Position numbers and translations under genes: made by a program. A model generated the notes under the pieces. That model saw only the letters and a program-made list of their open reading frames with translations. It searched no databases and had not been told where the DNA came from. 50,127 nucleotides of DNA, taken from positions 1-50,127 of the forward strand of contig JBEAQQ010000121.1 in assembly GCA_041163785.1 (NCBI GenBank), given 5' to 3'. Origin of the DNA: Pseudomonadota bacterium (GTDB lineage Bacteria; Pseudomonadota; Gammaproteobacteria; Pseudomonadales; JAHEIH01). Positions 39,335-49,189 of this stretch are shown here, piece by piece. Each line of letters begins with the position of its first letter. The stretch's first letter is position 1.

Positions 39335-39864
39335 AAAAAAACCTGTTGATTGCCGTCGCGGCGTTAATGTTGTCCGCCTGTGTCGGCGTGCCTGATGGCA
39401 TCACGCCGGTGGGCAATTTCGAGCGCGATCGCTACCTGGGTAGGTGGTACGAGGTGGCGCGATTGGACAATCGATTCGAGGCGGGGATGTCGCAGGTCAC
39501 AGCGACTTACAGTCGCAACGATGACGGTAGCATTGCTGTGCTCAATCGCGGTTTCGTCGATGCCGAGGGGGCGTGGAAAGAGGCCGAGGGCGTCGCTAAA
39601 TTTGTCGACAGCGAAGACAGAGGGCACTTAAAAGTCTCGTTTTTCGGTCCGTTCTACTCGTCCTATGTTGTGTTCGAACTGGCCGAAGATTACAGCTATA
39701 GTTTTGTCACAAGCCGCGACAAAAGCTATCTGTGGCTTTTGTCGCGCACGCCAAGAGTGGATGAGTCGCTAAAGCAGCACTTTGTCGCGCGCGCCCGCGA
39801 ACTGGGCTTTGCCGCGGATGAGATCATGTTCATCGATCAATCCCAGCACAACACCGCGAATTAG
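39331..39864 (+). CDS. blc: Bacterial lipocalin (outer-membrane lipoprotein Blc)
   Basis: It has a lipobox (LMLSACV) and the lipocalin signature YLGRWYEVARL. Its start overlaps the upstream gene in ATGA. Confidence 0.85.
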   Translation: MKKNLLIAVAALMLSACVGVPDGITPVGNFERDRYLGRWYEVARLDNRFEAGMSQVTATYSRNDDGSIAVLNRGFVDAEGAWKEAEGVAKFVDSEDRGHLKVSFFGPFYSSYVVFELAEDYSYSFVTSRDKSYLWLLSRTPRVDESLKQHFVARARELGFAADEIMFIDQSQHNTAN

Positions 39865-40394
39865 CGTTCTATTTGGGTGATTTTGGAGCCTTCAAGGGTC
39901 AGGTTGTACATCAACCCCTTGTTGGAAAAAATAAAAGCAATAACAGGTTGGCTAGCGGTTTTCGTATCGATTTCACCGCCCGCGCCCAACGACGCAATCG
40001 CGACGCTGCCGTCGACACCCGCATCCCAGCCATCGCTTTGGGTAAATTTATTCAACGCGGTGTCGGTCATGAAAAGCAAGATTTGTGACTTTTGTTGCAC
40101 GCCCAGTTGAAAGCCCACCGAAGCCGCAGAGATGTTGTAGTACGCATGAGTGCCGCCGTTGACGATGAGTTTGCCTTCGCCGTATTCACCGCCTATACCA
40201 AAACCCGCCTTGTAGACCTTCGGGAACACCAAAATACCCTTGGCTTGCTGCGAGAGTTTCTTGCCCGCCGGCGAGTGCTTGTAAAAGGCGCTCAGGGCTT
40301 CGTCGACGTAGGCGTCGATTTCGTTCTTACTGGCCGCCCAAGTGGTTGGACTCACAAGGGCAAGCAAGAGACTCAGTGATAATAAAATGCGCAT
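39861..40394 (-). CDS. SYLF (YSC84/DUF500) domain protein, secreted
   Basis: It has a signal peptide and SYLF-typical segments (AKGILVFPKVYKAGFGIGGEYGEG, SVGFQLGVQ, GVDGSVA, GLMYNLTLEGSKI). Confidence 0.72.
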   Translation of the reverse strand: MRILLSLSLLLALVSPTTWAASKNEIDAYVDEALSAFYKHSPAGKKLSQQAKGILVFPKVYKAGFGIGGEYGEGKLIVNGGTHAYYNISAASVGFQLGVQQKSQILLFMTDTALNKFTQSDGWDAGVDGSVAIASLGAGGEIDTKTASQPVIAFIFSNKGLMYNLTLEGSKITQIER

Positions 40395-40447
40395 GGCGCT
40401 TCTCCTCAGGGATTGAACTCACGCTAATAGTGTAGTTCAACCTGAGA

Positions 40448-43024
40448 TTATTGAGAGGCTTCCATAAAGCGAATATTGTCGAGTCTGAAGCGACTGCCAT
40501 TGTGGTTGGTCGCCCAGATCACCAAGCCGGTATTGATATTATTTAGGTTCAATCCGCCATTCTGTAATGTGGCCAAAGGCACTTCTACGGTTTGCCATGC
40601 ACTGTCCCCGACAGCTCCGATACCCAAGTGGCCAGAGGTGCAGGGCCAGAAGCAGTCGAGCTTCATGGTGTATTGGTTTTCGCCCGCCATGTGCAAAATA
40701 TCAAAGGCGATGACGCCGTTGGCGTATTGGCTGGCATCCACACCGCTGGCCGAATCCATAAACAAGCCAGCAAACAGGGCACCACTCGGGTGGGAAACCT
40801 CTAGCACTTGACCGCGGTCGGTATCGCTGACCCAAGCCCAGTCGATGCTGGGGCAGGCGGCGCCATTGTCGTTAACACACTCGCCAAAACCAAGGGCTTC
40901 GTCGAAGGCTTTGATGCCGCCCTCGAAGCGCGACTCTACCGCGCCATTGCGCATTACCCAAATAGCGTCTTGCGGGGTGTTGTTGCCATCCGTTGTGCCA
41001 CTGTTGTCGGTCGGCGCGCTACTATCCGCGGCGACAATGCCGCTGCTAGCGTTGTTGGGGTCTGTACTGAGAGCCACCAGGGTTGTGGTGTCGTTAAGCG
41101 ACAAGCCATAACCGCGGTCAAAAAGATCTGCTGCCACAGGGGCTTGAGCATCGCTGGGGTTAACCGCACCACCGGGCCAGGCGAAAGGCAGTCTACCGGT
41201 AGTATCAAAGGTGGGGTTATTGCGGTCCTGCAGCAACACATCGGCGACACCAGCGCCCTCAGAGCCGGGTAGCCAGGCCACCACGAAGGCGTCGCTGGCG
41301 TTCAACCATTCGTTGACCCAGCGAGGTCGGCCAGTGAGAAACACCGCTACGGTGGGAATGCCGTCGGCCTGAAGCGCGCGAAGATAATTCAGCGACAAAT
41401 CGCTGTTGCTGTAGGCTAGGCTGGATAAATCACCGGCACCCTCGGCGTAGGGTTGTTCACCAAACACCACAATCGCAGCGTCGGGGCGTGTGATGTAGGC
41501 ACCATCGATGGAGTAAGAAAAATTGCCCTGGGCGGCAGTGACGGCCTCACTAAAACCAGCGAGTAGCGTGGTCGCTCCGGGGAAATCGCTGTTCGAGGTG
41601 CCTGTGCCCTGCCAACTCACTGACCAGCCGCCCGCTTGTTGTGGCAGGCTATTCGCCGCTGCGCCGACAACCAAAATGTGTTGGCTCGGGTCGAGTGGCA
41701 AGATTTGGTTGTTGTTTTTCAGCAGTACCAGTGATTCACGCACAGCGCGGCGAGCCAAGGCGCGGTGTTCATCTGAGCCTACCACCGACGCCGGTGCGCG
41801 GGCGGGGTCGAAATTGTCATCGAACATGCCCAGTGATTCCTTCATGCGCAAAATACGCAACACCGCTTCATCGATGCGCGCCTCGCTAATTTGGCCGCTG
41901 CGAACTTGTTGCACGGTATTATTGAGAAATCCTAGCCAGCTATCGGGGGCCATGATCATGTCTATGCCGGCGTTGATCGCCTGTGCACAGCTGTCGGTAC
42001 TGCAACCCGCGACCTGGGCTACGCCGTGCCAGTCGCTCACAACCATGCCCTCAAATCCCAATTGATCGCGTAGCATGCCGGTTAAGATATCGCGCTCGCC
42101 GTGCACTTTTTTGCCATTAATGCTGTTAAAACTGGCCATGGCGCTCATGACCTGCGCACCAATAGCGCCCTCGTAACCCGAGGCGTGATCGCGCAATAAC
42201 TCAGTATTGGTGGCGAGGGTGTTGCCTTGATCGGTGCCGCCGCGGGTACCACCGTCACCAATAAAATGTTTGGCGGTGGCTGCAATACCTTGTGATTGCA
42301 GGCCATTAACCATGGCTGCGGCGTAGTTCTTCACTAAGGCGCTGTCGTTGCTGTAGCTTTCGTAAGTTCTCCCCCAGCGGTAGTCTTGTGCTTGCGCGAC
42401 GGTTGGTGCAAAGGTCCAGTCGACGCCCGAGGCACCCACTTCCTTGGCGGTAGCGACGCCGATATCGTAGAGAAGGTCGGGATTGTTGGCCGCGCCCAAG
42501 CCTATATTGTGTGGAAACAGCGTGGCGCCGTTTAAGTTATTGTGGCCATGCACCGCGTCGGTGCCCCAAATGATGGGGATGCCTGCACTACCCTGCGACG
42601 TGTCGAGGGAGGCGGCGCGCAACTGTTTGGCAAAGTTAAGCCAGTCGCTAGCGCTAGCGGCGCGGTTACCGTAGGGGTAGGCACCGCCACCATTGAGCAC
42701 GCTGCCAATACCGTATTGGCGAATATCATCGAGGGAGATATAACCGATTTCGGCTTGGATCATCTGCGCCACTTTTTGTTCTAGCGTCAACGAGGCCAGC
42801 AGCGCTTCCATGGGGTCGCTGGGGGTGTCGGTAGTGGTTCCACTGTTGTCGGTGCTATCTGTAGAGCCACTGTTGTCTGTAGAACCGGAATTATCCGTGC
42901 TTGTGTCGCCGCCATTGTTAGTGCTGTTATCCGCAGGAGGTGTTACCGGAGCGGTAGGGGTGGCAGAGCCACCGCCACAGGCAGAGAGGGCTGAAATGAA
43001 GAGTATGACTATAAGAAATCGCAT
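40448..43024 (-). CDS. Glycoside hydrolase family 3 exo-beta-glucosidase/glucanase lipoprotein with an extra C-terminal ~170-aa beta-sandwich-like (putative carbohydrate-binding) domain
   Basis: It has a lipobox (LSACGG). GH3 segments include GSVLNGGG, WGTDAVHGHN, KHFIGDGGT and MVVSDW (nucleophile Asp). The C-terminal module ends in RLDNIRF. Confidence 0.85.
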   Translation of the reverse strand: MRFLIVILFISALSACGGGSATPTAPVTPPADNSTNNGGDTSTDNSGSTDNSGSTDSTDNSGTTTDTPSDPMEALLASLTLEQKVAQMIQAEIGYISLDDIRQYGIGSVLNGGGAYPYGNRAASASDWLNFAKQLRAASLDTSQGSAGIPIIWGTDAVHGHNNLNGATLFPHNIGLGAANNPDLLYDIGVATAKEVGASGVDWTFAPTVAQAQDYRWGRTYESYSNDSALVKNYAAAMVNGLQSQGIAATAKHFIGDGGTRGGTDQGNTLATNTELLRDHASGYEGAIGAQVMSAMASFNSINGKKVHGERDILTGMLRDQLGFEGMVVSDWHGVAQVAGCSTDSCAQAINAGIDMIMAPDSWLGFLNNTVQQVRSGQISEARIDEAVLRILRMKESLGMFDDNFDPARAPASVVGSDEHRALARRAVRESLVLLKNNNQILPLDPSQHILVVGAAANSLPQQAGGWSVSWQGTGTSNSDFPGATTLLAGFSEAVTAAQGNFSYSIDGAYITRPDAAIVVFGEQPYAEGAGDLSSLAYSNSDLSLNYLRALQADGIPTVAVFLTGRPRWVNEWLNASDAFVVAWLPGSEGAGVADVLLQDRNNPTFDTTGRLPFAWPGGAVNPSDAQAPVAADLFDRGYGLSLNDTTTLVALSTDPNNASSGIVAADSSAPTDNSGTTDGNNTPQDAIWVMRNGAVESRFEGGIKAFDEALGFGECVNDNGAACPSIDWAWVSDTDRGQVLEVSHPSGALFAGLFMDSASGVDASQYANGVIAFDILHMAGENQYTMKLDCFWPCTSGHLGIGAVGDSAWQTVEVPLATLQNGGLNLNNINTGLVIWATNHNGSRFRLDNIRFMEASQ
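42815..42934 (-). repeat. Imperfect tandem coding repeats for a Thr/Asp/Asn/Ser/Gly linker at the GH3 N-terminus
   Basis: The translation is ADNSTNNGGDTSTDNSGSTDNSGSTDSTDNSGTTTDTPSD. The repeated (S/T)DNSG(S/T) units are visible as GTnGAnCCnCTGTTGTC-like units on the plus strand. Confidence 0.6.
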
Positions 43025-43115
43025 GGCTACTTACCTGATAATAATCCCCCAGTAGACCAAGATGCCGTGTGGATGTAGAGGGGGCTTGCGGTAGAGCGGA
43101 CGAAGTCAGCGGTGG

Positions 43116-44570
43116 TTAGTGCCCAGCGCTTGAGATCGCGGGTGTCGCTTGGGTGTTTCCTTCATGGACCTTGGCCCAGCACAGCGCAGATAGGGCCAGA
43201 CAAACCGCGCTAATGATAAACACGATGCTTTTGTCCTCCGCGCGACTGATGAGCAGACCAATACCCAGGCTGGCCACCAGTTGCGGCAGCACCACCGACA
43301 GGTTGAACAAGCCCATAAACAACCCCATTTGCGCTTGGTTAACCTGTACCGACATGATCGCAAAGGGCAGTGATACGATGGCGCCCCAGCCGATGCCGAC
43401 CACGGCCATCAACACATACAGCATGGTGGGGCTGGTTGCGGCATTGGCAATCGCGAAATAACCCACCGCCATCAAGGCTAAACAGAGGGTGTGGGTACGC
43501 ACACGGCCAAGCTTTTCGCTGATGGGCTCAAGCACAAAGGCGGGCAGTAGCGCCGACACAGCACTCAACACTAAAAAGGCCATCGATACGGTGCGACCCA
43601 TGCTGGCGTCGTCTAGATTAGGCATGGCAAATTGCGTGTAGGCCACCATGTAAATAAACATGGTTTGCACCCCGATCCAGCTGAAAGAGTGGGCGGCGAG
43701 CACCTTTTTGAAGCCGACTAAACCGGCCTCGTGATGGCTTAGGCCCTGGGTGTTGGTGAACAGCGTCTTGGCGACCAAGAATATCGTCAGGGCGATGCAG
43801 GCATACTCTACATAGTAGTTGTCGACCTCGATGTGGGCGAGGCGCAGGGTCATGGCGTAGATGTCATACACCAAAAACCCCCACAGCGGTTGGATGTGCA
43901 TGAGGATGTCCACCAGGCCAGCCGAGCGCTCGGCGGGCGTCTCGCTATCGTCCTCTAGTTGGCGCGGCTCCTCGATGAAAAAGGGCGGCAAAATCGAGAA
44001 GATCAGCACCAAGCCAACGCCGACATAGATGAGCGCGTAGTTATCCCAAACAGCGCCGACACCGTAGGCGAGCACGCCGAAGCTGCCCGAGATTGTTTGC
44101 ATCCATGTGTAGCCTTTGGTGCGTGCGTCGCCGCTGGGCGTGACATCGGCGATAATGGCGCGGGTGGGGTTAAAACTAATATTGATCGCGAGGTCGAGTG
44201 TCAGTGCCACCGCGATGGCGACACCGAGAATACCGCCGACACCCATGCTGTCGCTGATGACGTCGATGCTGGGCAGTGCCAGTAACATCAGAGCAGCCAG
44301 TACACCACCCACCAAAATAAAGGGTCGGCGACGGCCATTCCACAGCCACACCTTGTCGCTGACTATACCGATCAATACCTGGCCAATAATGCCCGCCAAC
44401 GGTCCTGCGGCCCACACCAAGCCCACATCGTGAATATCGAGGCCGTACTGGGTGGTCAAAATCCAGCTCAGCGCTGAAATTTGTACACTGAGGGCAAAGC
44501 CCATGGCCGTGGAAGGCAGGCTCAATAGGGCGTAAAACGAAGGAGACAATTGGCGTTGCATCGCAAACAT
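43116..44570 (-). CDS. MFS/GPH-type sugar:cation symporter (SLC45-like), upstream of the GH3 gene
   Basis: It has 12 predicted TM helices and the GPH/SLC45-type loop motif NGRRRPFILVG after TM2. Confidence 0.75.
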   Translation of the reverse strand: MFAMQRQLSPSFYALLSLPSTAMGFALSVQISALSWILTTQYGLDIHDVGLVWAAGPLAGIIGQVLIGIVSDKVWLWNGRRRPFILVGGVLAALMLLALPSIDVISDSMGVGGILGVAIAVALTLDLAINISFNPTRAIIADVTPSGDARTKGYTWMQTISGSFGVLAYGVGAVWDNYALIYVGVGLVLIFSILPPFFIEEPRQLEDDSETPAERSAGLVDILMHIQPLWGFLVYDIYAMTLRLAHIEVDNYYVEYACIALTIFLVAKTLFTNTQGLSHHEAGLVGFKKVLAAHSFSWIGVQTMFIYMVAYTQFAMPNLDDASMGRTVSMAFLVLSAVSALLPAFVLEPISEKLGRVRTHTLCLALMAVGYFAIANAATSPTMLYVLMAVVGIGWGAIVSLPFAIMSVQVNQAQMGLFMGLFNLSVVLPQLVASLGIGLLISRAEDKSIVFIISAVCLALSALCWAKVHEGNTQATPAISSAGH

Positions 44571-44676
44571 GGCGGCACCTGTATTGTTATGGTTAAGTAG
44601 GTTATACGGTGTTTAGAAACCGATTGCAGCAGTATATGCGAAAACGCGTCGAGATAAAGCCTTGCGATGGCTTTCG

Positions 44677-45270
44677 TTATTTTGGCTGGCGCAGAAACTT
44701 CTGGTGAAGGCGGTCGATCTTGGCGTACAGCGATGCCAGATCGCCGTCGTTGACGAGCACATCATCGGCTAGCTGCAGGCGTTCAGCACGTGGCATCTGC
44801 TGCTTAACGATGCGGCGAATCATCGATTCGGTGTTGTTGTCGCGGGCGGTCGCGCGCTGTACTTGAAGCTCGACAGGGGCATCCACAACCAGAATGTGAT
44901 GGCAGCGATAATTCTGCTGGCTTTCTAGTAGCAGGGGAGACACATAGATCACGTAGGGGCTTTGCGCATTGGCGAGTTGGTTGTCGATCTCTTGACCAAT
45001 CAACGGGTGGAGTAGGTTTTCTAACCACGCTTTCTCAGTAGCGTCGGCAAACACCCTTTGCCTAAGCGCCGCGCGGTTGAGTGAACCGTCGGAGAGCAAA
45101 AGTTCGTTGCCGAAGTGCTGGGCAATTTTTTTGAGCGCGGGCGAACCGGGGTTTACAACGATGCGTGCCACAACATCGGCGTCGACCACATCGACACCAA
45201 GTTTATGGAAATAATCTGAAACCGCGGTTTTGCCGCTGCCAATACCACCGGTGAGGCCGACAACGAACAT
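44677..45270 (-). CDS. coaE: Dephospho-CoA kinase
   Basis: It has the P-loop GLTGGIGSGKT. Its position after pilD is conserved, and it shares a 1-nt overlap with the pilD stop. Confidence 0.9.
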   Translation of the reverse strand: MFVVGLTGGIGSGKTAVSDYFHKLGVDVVDADVVARIVVNPGSPALKKIAQHFGNELLLSDGSLNRAALRQRVFADATEKAWLENLLHPLIGQEIDNQLANAQSPYVIYVSPLLLESQQNYRCHHILVVDAPVELQVQRATARDNNTESMIRRIVKQQMPRAERLQLADDVLVNDGDLASLYAKIDRLHQKFLRQPK

Positions 45271-46139
45271 TAAGACAGTATCCTTAAATAGTGTTGGGTG
45301 AGGGTTTCACCCCACAGAAGTGCGATCACGCCGGCGATGGCAAGGTACGGGCCAAAGGGAATGGGTTGATCGCGATCGCGGTGCAGCCAAAGCATGGCAA
45401 GAATACCCAGTGTGGCACCGACAAAAGAGGATAACATAATTATCAGAGGTAATGCCTGCCAACCTAACCAAGCACCGAGCGCCGCCAGTAATTTAAAGTC
45501 GCCGTAGCCCATGCCTTCCTTACCGGTCAGCAACTTAAAGGCCCAGTAAATACTCCACAGCGATAGGTACCCCACCACCGCCCCCCATACGGCATCAACC
45601 AATGGGACGATGTCGAACAAAGCGTTAAATACCAAGCCACCCCACAGTAACCCTAGGGTGATACTGTCGGGCAACAATTGGTGGTCGATGTCGATCATGG
45701 TCAGCACCAGCAGGGTCCACACCAGGGCGATGTAACCAAGCGTTGTCACCCCAGGGCCTAGCACATACACCGCCGCCATGCCGAGCAGGGCGGTGCACAG
45801 TTCGATCATTGGGTAGCGCAGGCTGATGGGGGCTTGGCAGGCGGCACACTTTCCACCGAGCAACATATAACCCACGAGGGGCAGGTTGTGCCAGGGTTTA
45901 ATAGGCGTTTGGCAGTGCGGGCAGTGGGAGCCCGGTACCATAATATTGAAGGGCGGCGGGGGTGGAATGTCTTTGTCGGGGTGGAGAATACACTCCGCCT
46001 CGAAGTGCCATTCGCGCTGCATGGCCACCGGCACGCGATAGATCACCACGTTTAAAAAGCTGCCGATAAATAGCCCGAGCACGCCAACAAGGGGTAGCAA
46101 AAGCGCCGCGTCATCGACGAGGCGTTGTAATAAGTCCAT
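45270..46139 (-). CDS. pilD: Prepilin peptidase / N-methyltransferase (A24 family)
   Basis: It has the Cys-rich cytoplasmic segment CPHCQ...CAAC and GYGDFKLLAALGAW (active-site Asp). Confidence 0.9.
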   Translation of the reverse strand: MDLLQRLVDDAALLLPLVGVLGLFIGSFLNVVIYRVPVAMQREWHFEAECILHPDKDIPPPPPFNIMVPGSHCPHCQTPIKPWHNLPLVGYMLLGGKCAACQAPISLRYPMIELCTALLGMAAVYVLGPGVTTLGYIALVWTLLVLTMIDIDHQLLPDSITLGLLWGGLVFNALFDIVPLVDAVWGAVVGYLSLWSIYWAFKLLTGKEGMGYGDFKLLAALGAWLGWQALPLIIMLSSFVGATLGILAMLWLHRDRDQPIPFGPYLAIAGVIALLWGETLTQHYLRILS

Positions 46140-46140
46140 G

Positions 46141-47370
46141 TTATACCACTGATCCCATCATAAAGATTGGCATGTACATGGCGATCATGAGGCCGCCGAT
46201 AACGATACCGAGAAAGGACATAATCATCGGTTCTAGTAGCGCGGTCAAGTTATCTACGGCGTCATCGACTTGCTGCTCGTAGTGCACTGCCACTTTTTCT
46301 AACATGGCGTCCAGCGCGCCGGACTCTTCACCGATCGAGACCATCTGCAATAGCATGGTGGGGAAGAGCCCGGTCGAACGGATGGCGCCGTAGAGGGGAA
46401 TGCCCCCGGTGACATCGTCTCTAATGCGTTTAATGGCATCGCGATACACCGCATTGCCTGATGCACCCGAGGTAGACTCGAGGGCCTCGACCAAGGGCAC
46501 TCCTGCCGCAAAGGTAGTGGCGAGGGTGCGCGAGAAGCGCGCGATGACTGAGAGATTGACGATCTTGCCAAACACCGGTGCCTTTAGCATCCAGGCGTCT
46601 ACCTTGTCGGCAAAGTCGGGGCTCTTGGCGATGGCGCTCTTGAAGGCGTAACCCGCGGCTATAATGCCGCCAAACACGATGTACCACCATCGTTGAAAGA
46701 TCTCCGACAGGTCGACCACAAACTGGGTAAAGGCGGGCAGGTCGGCGCCAAAACCGGCAAACACCTCCGCAAAGGTGGGAACCACCTTAATCAGCAAAAT
46801 TGAGGTCACCACAAAGGCCACCACCAAAACCGAAATAGGGTAGGTGAGGGCTTTTTTGATCTTGGCTTTCAGGGCTTCGCTCTTTTCCTTGTAGGTGGCG
46901 ACGCGGTCGAGCATGGTTTCCAGAGCACCGGCCTGTTCGCCAGAGGCGATTAAGCTGCAGAACAAATTGTCAAAATGCTGTGGATGTTTTTCCAGCGCTT
47001 CGGCGAAGCTACCACCGGCGCTGACATCGTTTTTAATCCCCAGGATCATTTTGCGCATGGCGGGTTTGTCGGAGCCCTCCGCGACCAGTTCAAAACTTTG
47101 TACTAGCGGCACGCCTGCCTTCATCATGGTGGCCATTTGGCGCACAAAAATGGCGATATCGGCGGGGACAATCGGCTTGCCCTTACCGCTAAACAGCGGC
47201 TTGGGTTTTTTCTTGAGGGTTTTGATCTTGATGCCCATCTTGGCGAGCTGGGCGCGGGCGAGATTCTGGTTTTCGGCGTCGAGCTCGCCCTTGGCGCTGT
47301 CACCGCGACGATCCTTGCCCTCCCATTGAAAGGTCTGCAAATCTGCGACTTTGGTTTTGGCCTTGGCCAT
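46141..47370 (-). CDS. pilC: Type IV pilus platform protein (GspF family)
   Basis: It has the duplicated GspF domain architecture and a 409-aa size. It sits between pilB and pilD. Confidence 0.9.
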   Translation of the reverse strand: MAKAKTKVADLQTFQWEGKDRRGDSAKGELDAENQNLARAQLAKMGIKIKTLKKKPKPLFSGKGKPIVPADIAIFVRQMATMMKAGVPLVQSFELVAEGSDKPAMRKMILGIKNDVSAGGSFAEALEKHPQHFDNLFCSLIASGEQAGALETMLDRVATYKEKSEALKAKIKKALTYPISVLVVAFVVTSILLIKVVPTFAEVFAGFGADLPAFTQFVVDLSEIFQRWWYIVFGGIIAAGYAFKSAIAKSPDFADKVDAWMLKAPVFGKIVNLSVIARFSRTLATTFAAGVPLVEALESTSGASGNAVYRDAIKRIRDDVTGGIPLYGAIRSTGLFPTMLLQMVSIGEESGALDAMLEKVAVHYEQQVDDAVDNLTALLEPMIMSFLGIVIGGLMIAMYMPIFMMGSVV

Positions 47371-47420
47371 GGTCCTTTCCTTCAGCGTATTGTGACCTCT
47401 TAAGCGTAGACCAAAAAACG

Positions 47421-49121
47421 CTAATCGGTGGTGATGCGGTTCACTTCTTCCAAACTCGTTAAGCCATTAGCGGCTTTTAACAGCGCCGAGGTGCGCAGGT
47501 CAGGGTAGCCCTCGTCACGGCACAGCCTGGCGATCTCGAGCGAGTTGCCTTCTTCCATGATCAAACGACTGATTTTGGGGGTGACTTTGACGACTTCGTA
47601 GATGCCGACACGGCCCTTGTAGCCCTTCGAACATTTGTCGCAGCCGACGGGTTTCAGCAGGGTCATCGAGGTGATTTGCTGCTCGCTAAAGCCCTCCTTG
47701 CGTAGGGTCTCTGCGGGGATATCCGCGGGTTCTGCGCAGTGCTTGCACAAACGGCGCGCCAAGCGCTGGGCGATAATTAAGTTGAGCGAGGTGGCCAGGT
47801 TAAACGCGGGGACGCCCATGTTGAGCATGCGGGTGATGGTTTCAGGAGCCGAGTTGGTGTGCAGGGTCGACATTACCATGTGGCCCGTTTGCGCGGCCTT
47901 AATGGCGATTTCGGCGGTTTCCAAGTCGCGGATCTCACCCACCATGATGATGTCGGGGTCCTGCCGCAAAAACGAGCGCAGTGCGCTGGCAAAGGTCAGC
48001 CCCACCTTGGTGTTCACGTTGACCTGGTTGATGCCCTCGAGGTTGATTTCCACGGGGTCTTCTGCGGTGGAAATGTTGGTTTCGGGCTGGTTGAGAATAT
48101 TCAGGCCGGTGTAGAGCGACACGGTTTTACCCGAACCGGTGGGGCCCGTCACCAGAATCATGCCCTGCGGTTTGTTGAGCGCGTCGACGTAAAGTTGTTT
48201 CTGCTCATCTTCGTAACCCAGTGCGTCGATACCCATCTGCGCCGATGTCGGGTCAAGGATACGCAGCACGATTTTTTCGCCCCACAGGGTGGGCAGGGTG
48301 TTGACCCGAAAATCGATCGCCTTGGTGGCGCTGATCTTCATTTTGATACGGCCATCTTGTGGTACGCGCCGTTCCGAGATGTCCATTTTTGACATCACCT
48401 TCAGGCGCGCGGCAATGCGCCCCGCCAACGATACCGGCGGTTTGGCCATTTCGTGTAAGATGCCGTCGGTGCGAAAGCGCACCCGATAGCTGTGCTCGTA
48501 GGGTTCGAAGTGCAAGTCAGAAGCGCCCATTTTGATGGCGTCGAGCAGGATCTTATTGATGAAGCGCACGATAGGCGCCTCATCCTGTTCGTCAACCTCG
48601 TCCTTGTCCTCTTCCTCGGTCACCGCGTGGATGTCTAACTGGTCGAGCGCCTCGTCGTCGAGGCCTTCGCTAAAATTGGCGCCCGACGCATCCATGTAAC
48701 GCTTGATGGCGTCGCCCAACTGACTCTCGTCGACCACCACCACTTCGACGTTCATGCCGGTGTTGAACTTGATTTCGTCCACCGCGCGTAGATTGGTGGG
48801 GTCCGACATCGCTAAGAATAAGCGCTTGCCACGCACGTAGAGCGGTAGCGCACGATGCTTTTGCACTAACTTGTCGTCGATGAATTTTTTCGGGAAGGCG
48901 TGCCCCGCGTGGTGACGCAGATCGTACAACGGCGAGCCAAACTCCTCCGCCGCTGCTTCCGCCACCCGCTGCCCGTCGACCATGCCACCGCCGACGATAT
49001 ACGACACGAAGCTCAATCCCTCGGCGAGTGCGGCTTGGCTGTACTCCGCCGCCTGGGTTTCATCGAAGACGTTGTCGTTAACGAGACGGCGCGCAAGACC
49101 GCTGAGTTTGGATGTGACCAT
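47421..49121 (-). CDS. pilB: Type IV pilus assembly ATPase (GspE family)
   Basis: It has Walker A (GPTGSGKT), Asp box, Walker B and His box segments, plus a tetracysteine motif (CKHC...CDKC). Confidence 0.92.
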   Translation of the reverse strand: MVTSKLSGLARRLVNDNVFDETQAAEYSQAALAEGLSFVSYIVGGGMVDGQRVAEAAAEEFGSPLYDLRHHAGHAFPKKFIDDKLVQKHRALPLYVRGKRLFLAMSDPTNLRAVDEIKFNTGMNVEVVVVDESQLGDAIKRYMDASGANFSEGLDDEALDQLDIHAVTEEEDKDEVDEQDEAPIVRFINKILLDAIKMGASDLHFEPYEHSYRVRFRTDGILHEMAKPPVSLAGRIAARLKVMSKMDISERRVPQDGRIKMKISATKAIDFRVNTLPTLWGEKIVLRILDPTSAQMGIDALGYEDEQKQLYVDALNKPQGMILVTGPTGSGKTVSLYTGLNILNQPETNISTAEDPVEINLEGINQVNVNTKVGLTFASALRSFLRQDPDIIMVGEIRDLETAEIAIKAAQTGHMVMSTLHTNSAPETITRMLNMGVPAFNLATSLNLIIAQRLARRLCKHCAEPADIPAETLRKEGFSEQQITSMTLLKPVGCDKCSKGYKGRVGIYEVVKVTPKISRLIMEEGNSLEIARLCRDEGYPDLRTSALLKAANGLTSLEEVNRITTD

Positions 49122-49160
49122 GGAAACACTTCCGCAAGGCTTTTAGGAAGTATAGACAAG

Positions 49161-49184
49161 AAAAAGGCGCCGAGTGGCGCCTTT
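49161..49184 (-). terminator. Rho-independent terminator/attenuator between pilA and pilB
   Basis: On the minus strand, AAAGGCGCC-actc-GGCGCCTTT followed by extra T residues begins 6 nt after the pilA stop. Confidence 0.65.
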
Positions 49185-49189
49185 AAAAG

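Noticed and set aside
44571-44676. LacI-type operator upstream of the MFS-GH3 genes (GAAACCGATTGCA) and the AAAGCC...GGCTTT hairpin after coaE
   Set aside because: The half-sites are not symmetric enough to support an operator call. The hairpin lacks a proper U-tract. Neither is strong enough to report as a feature.
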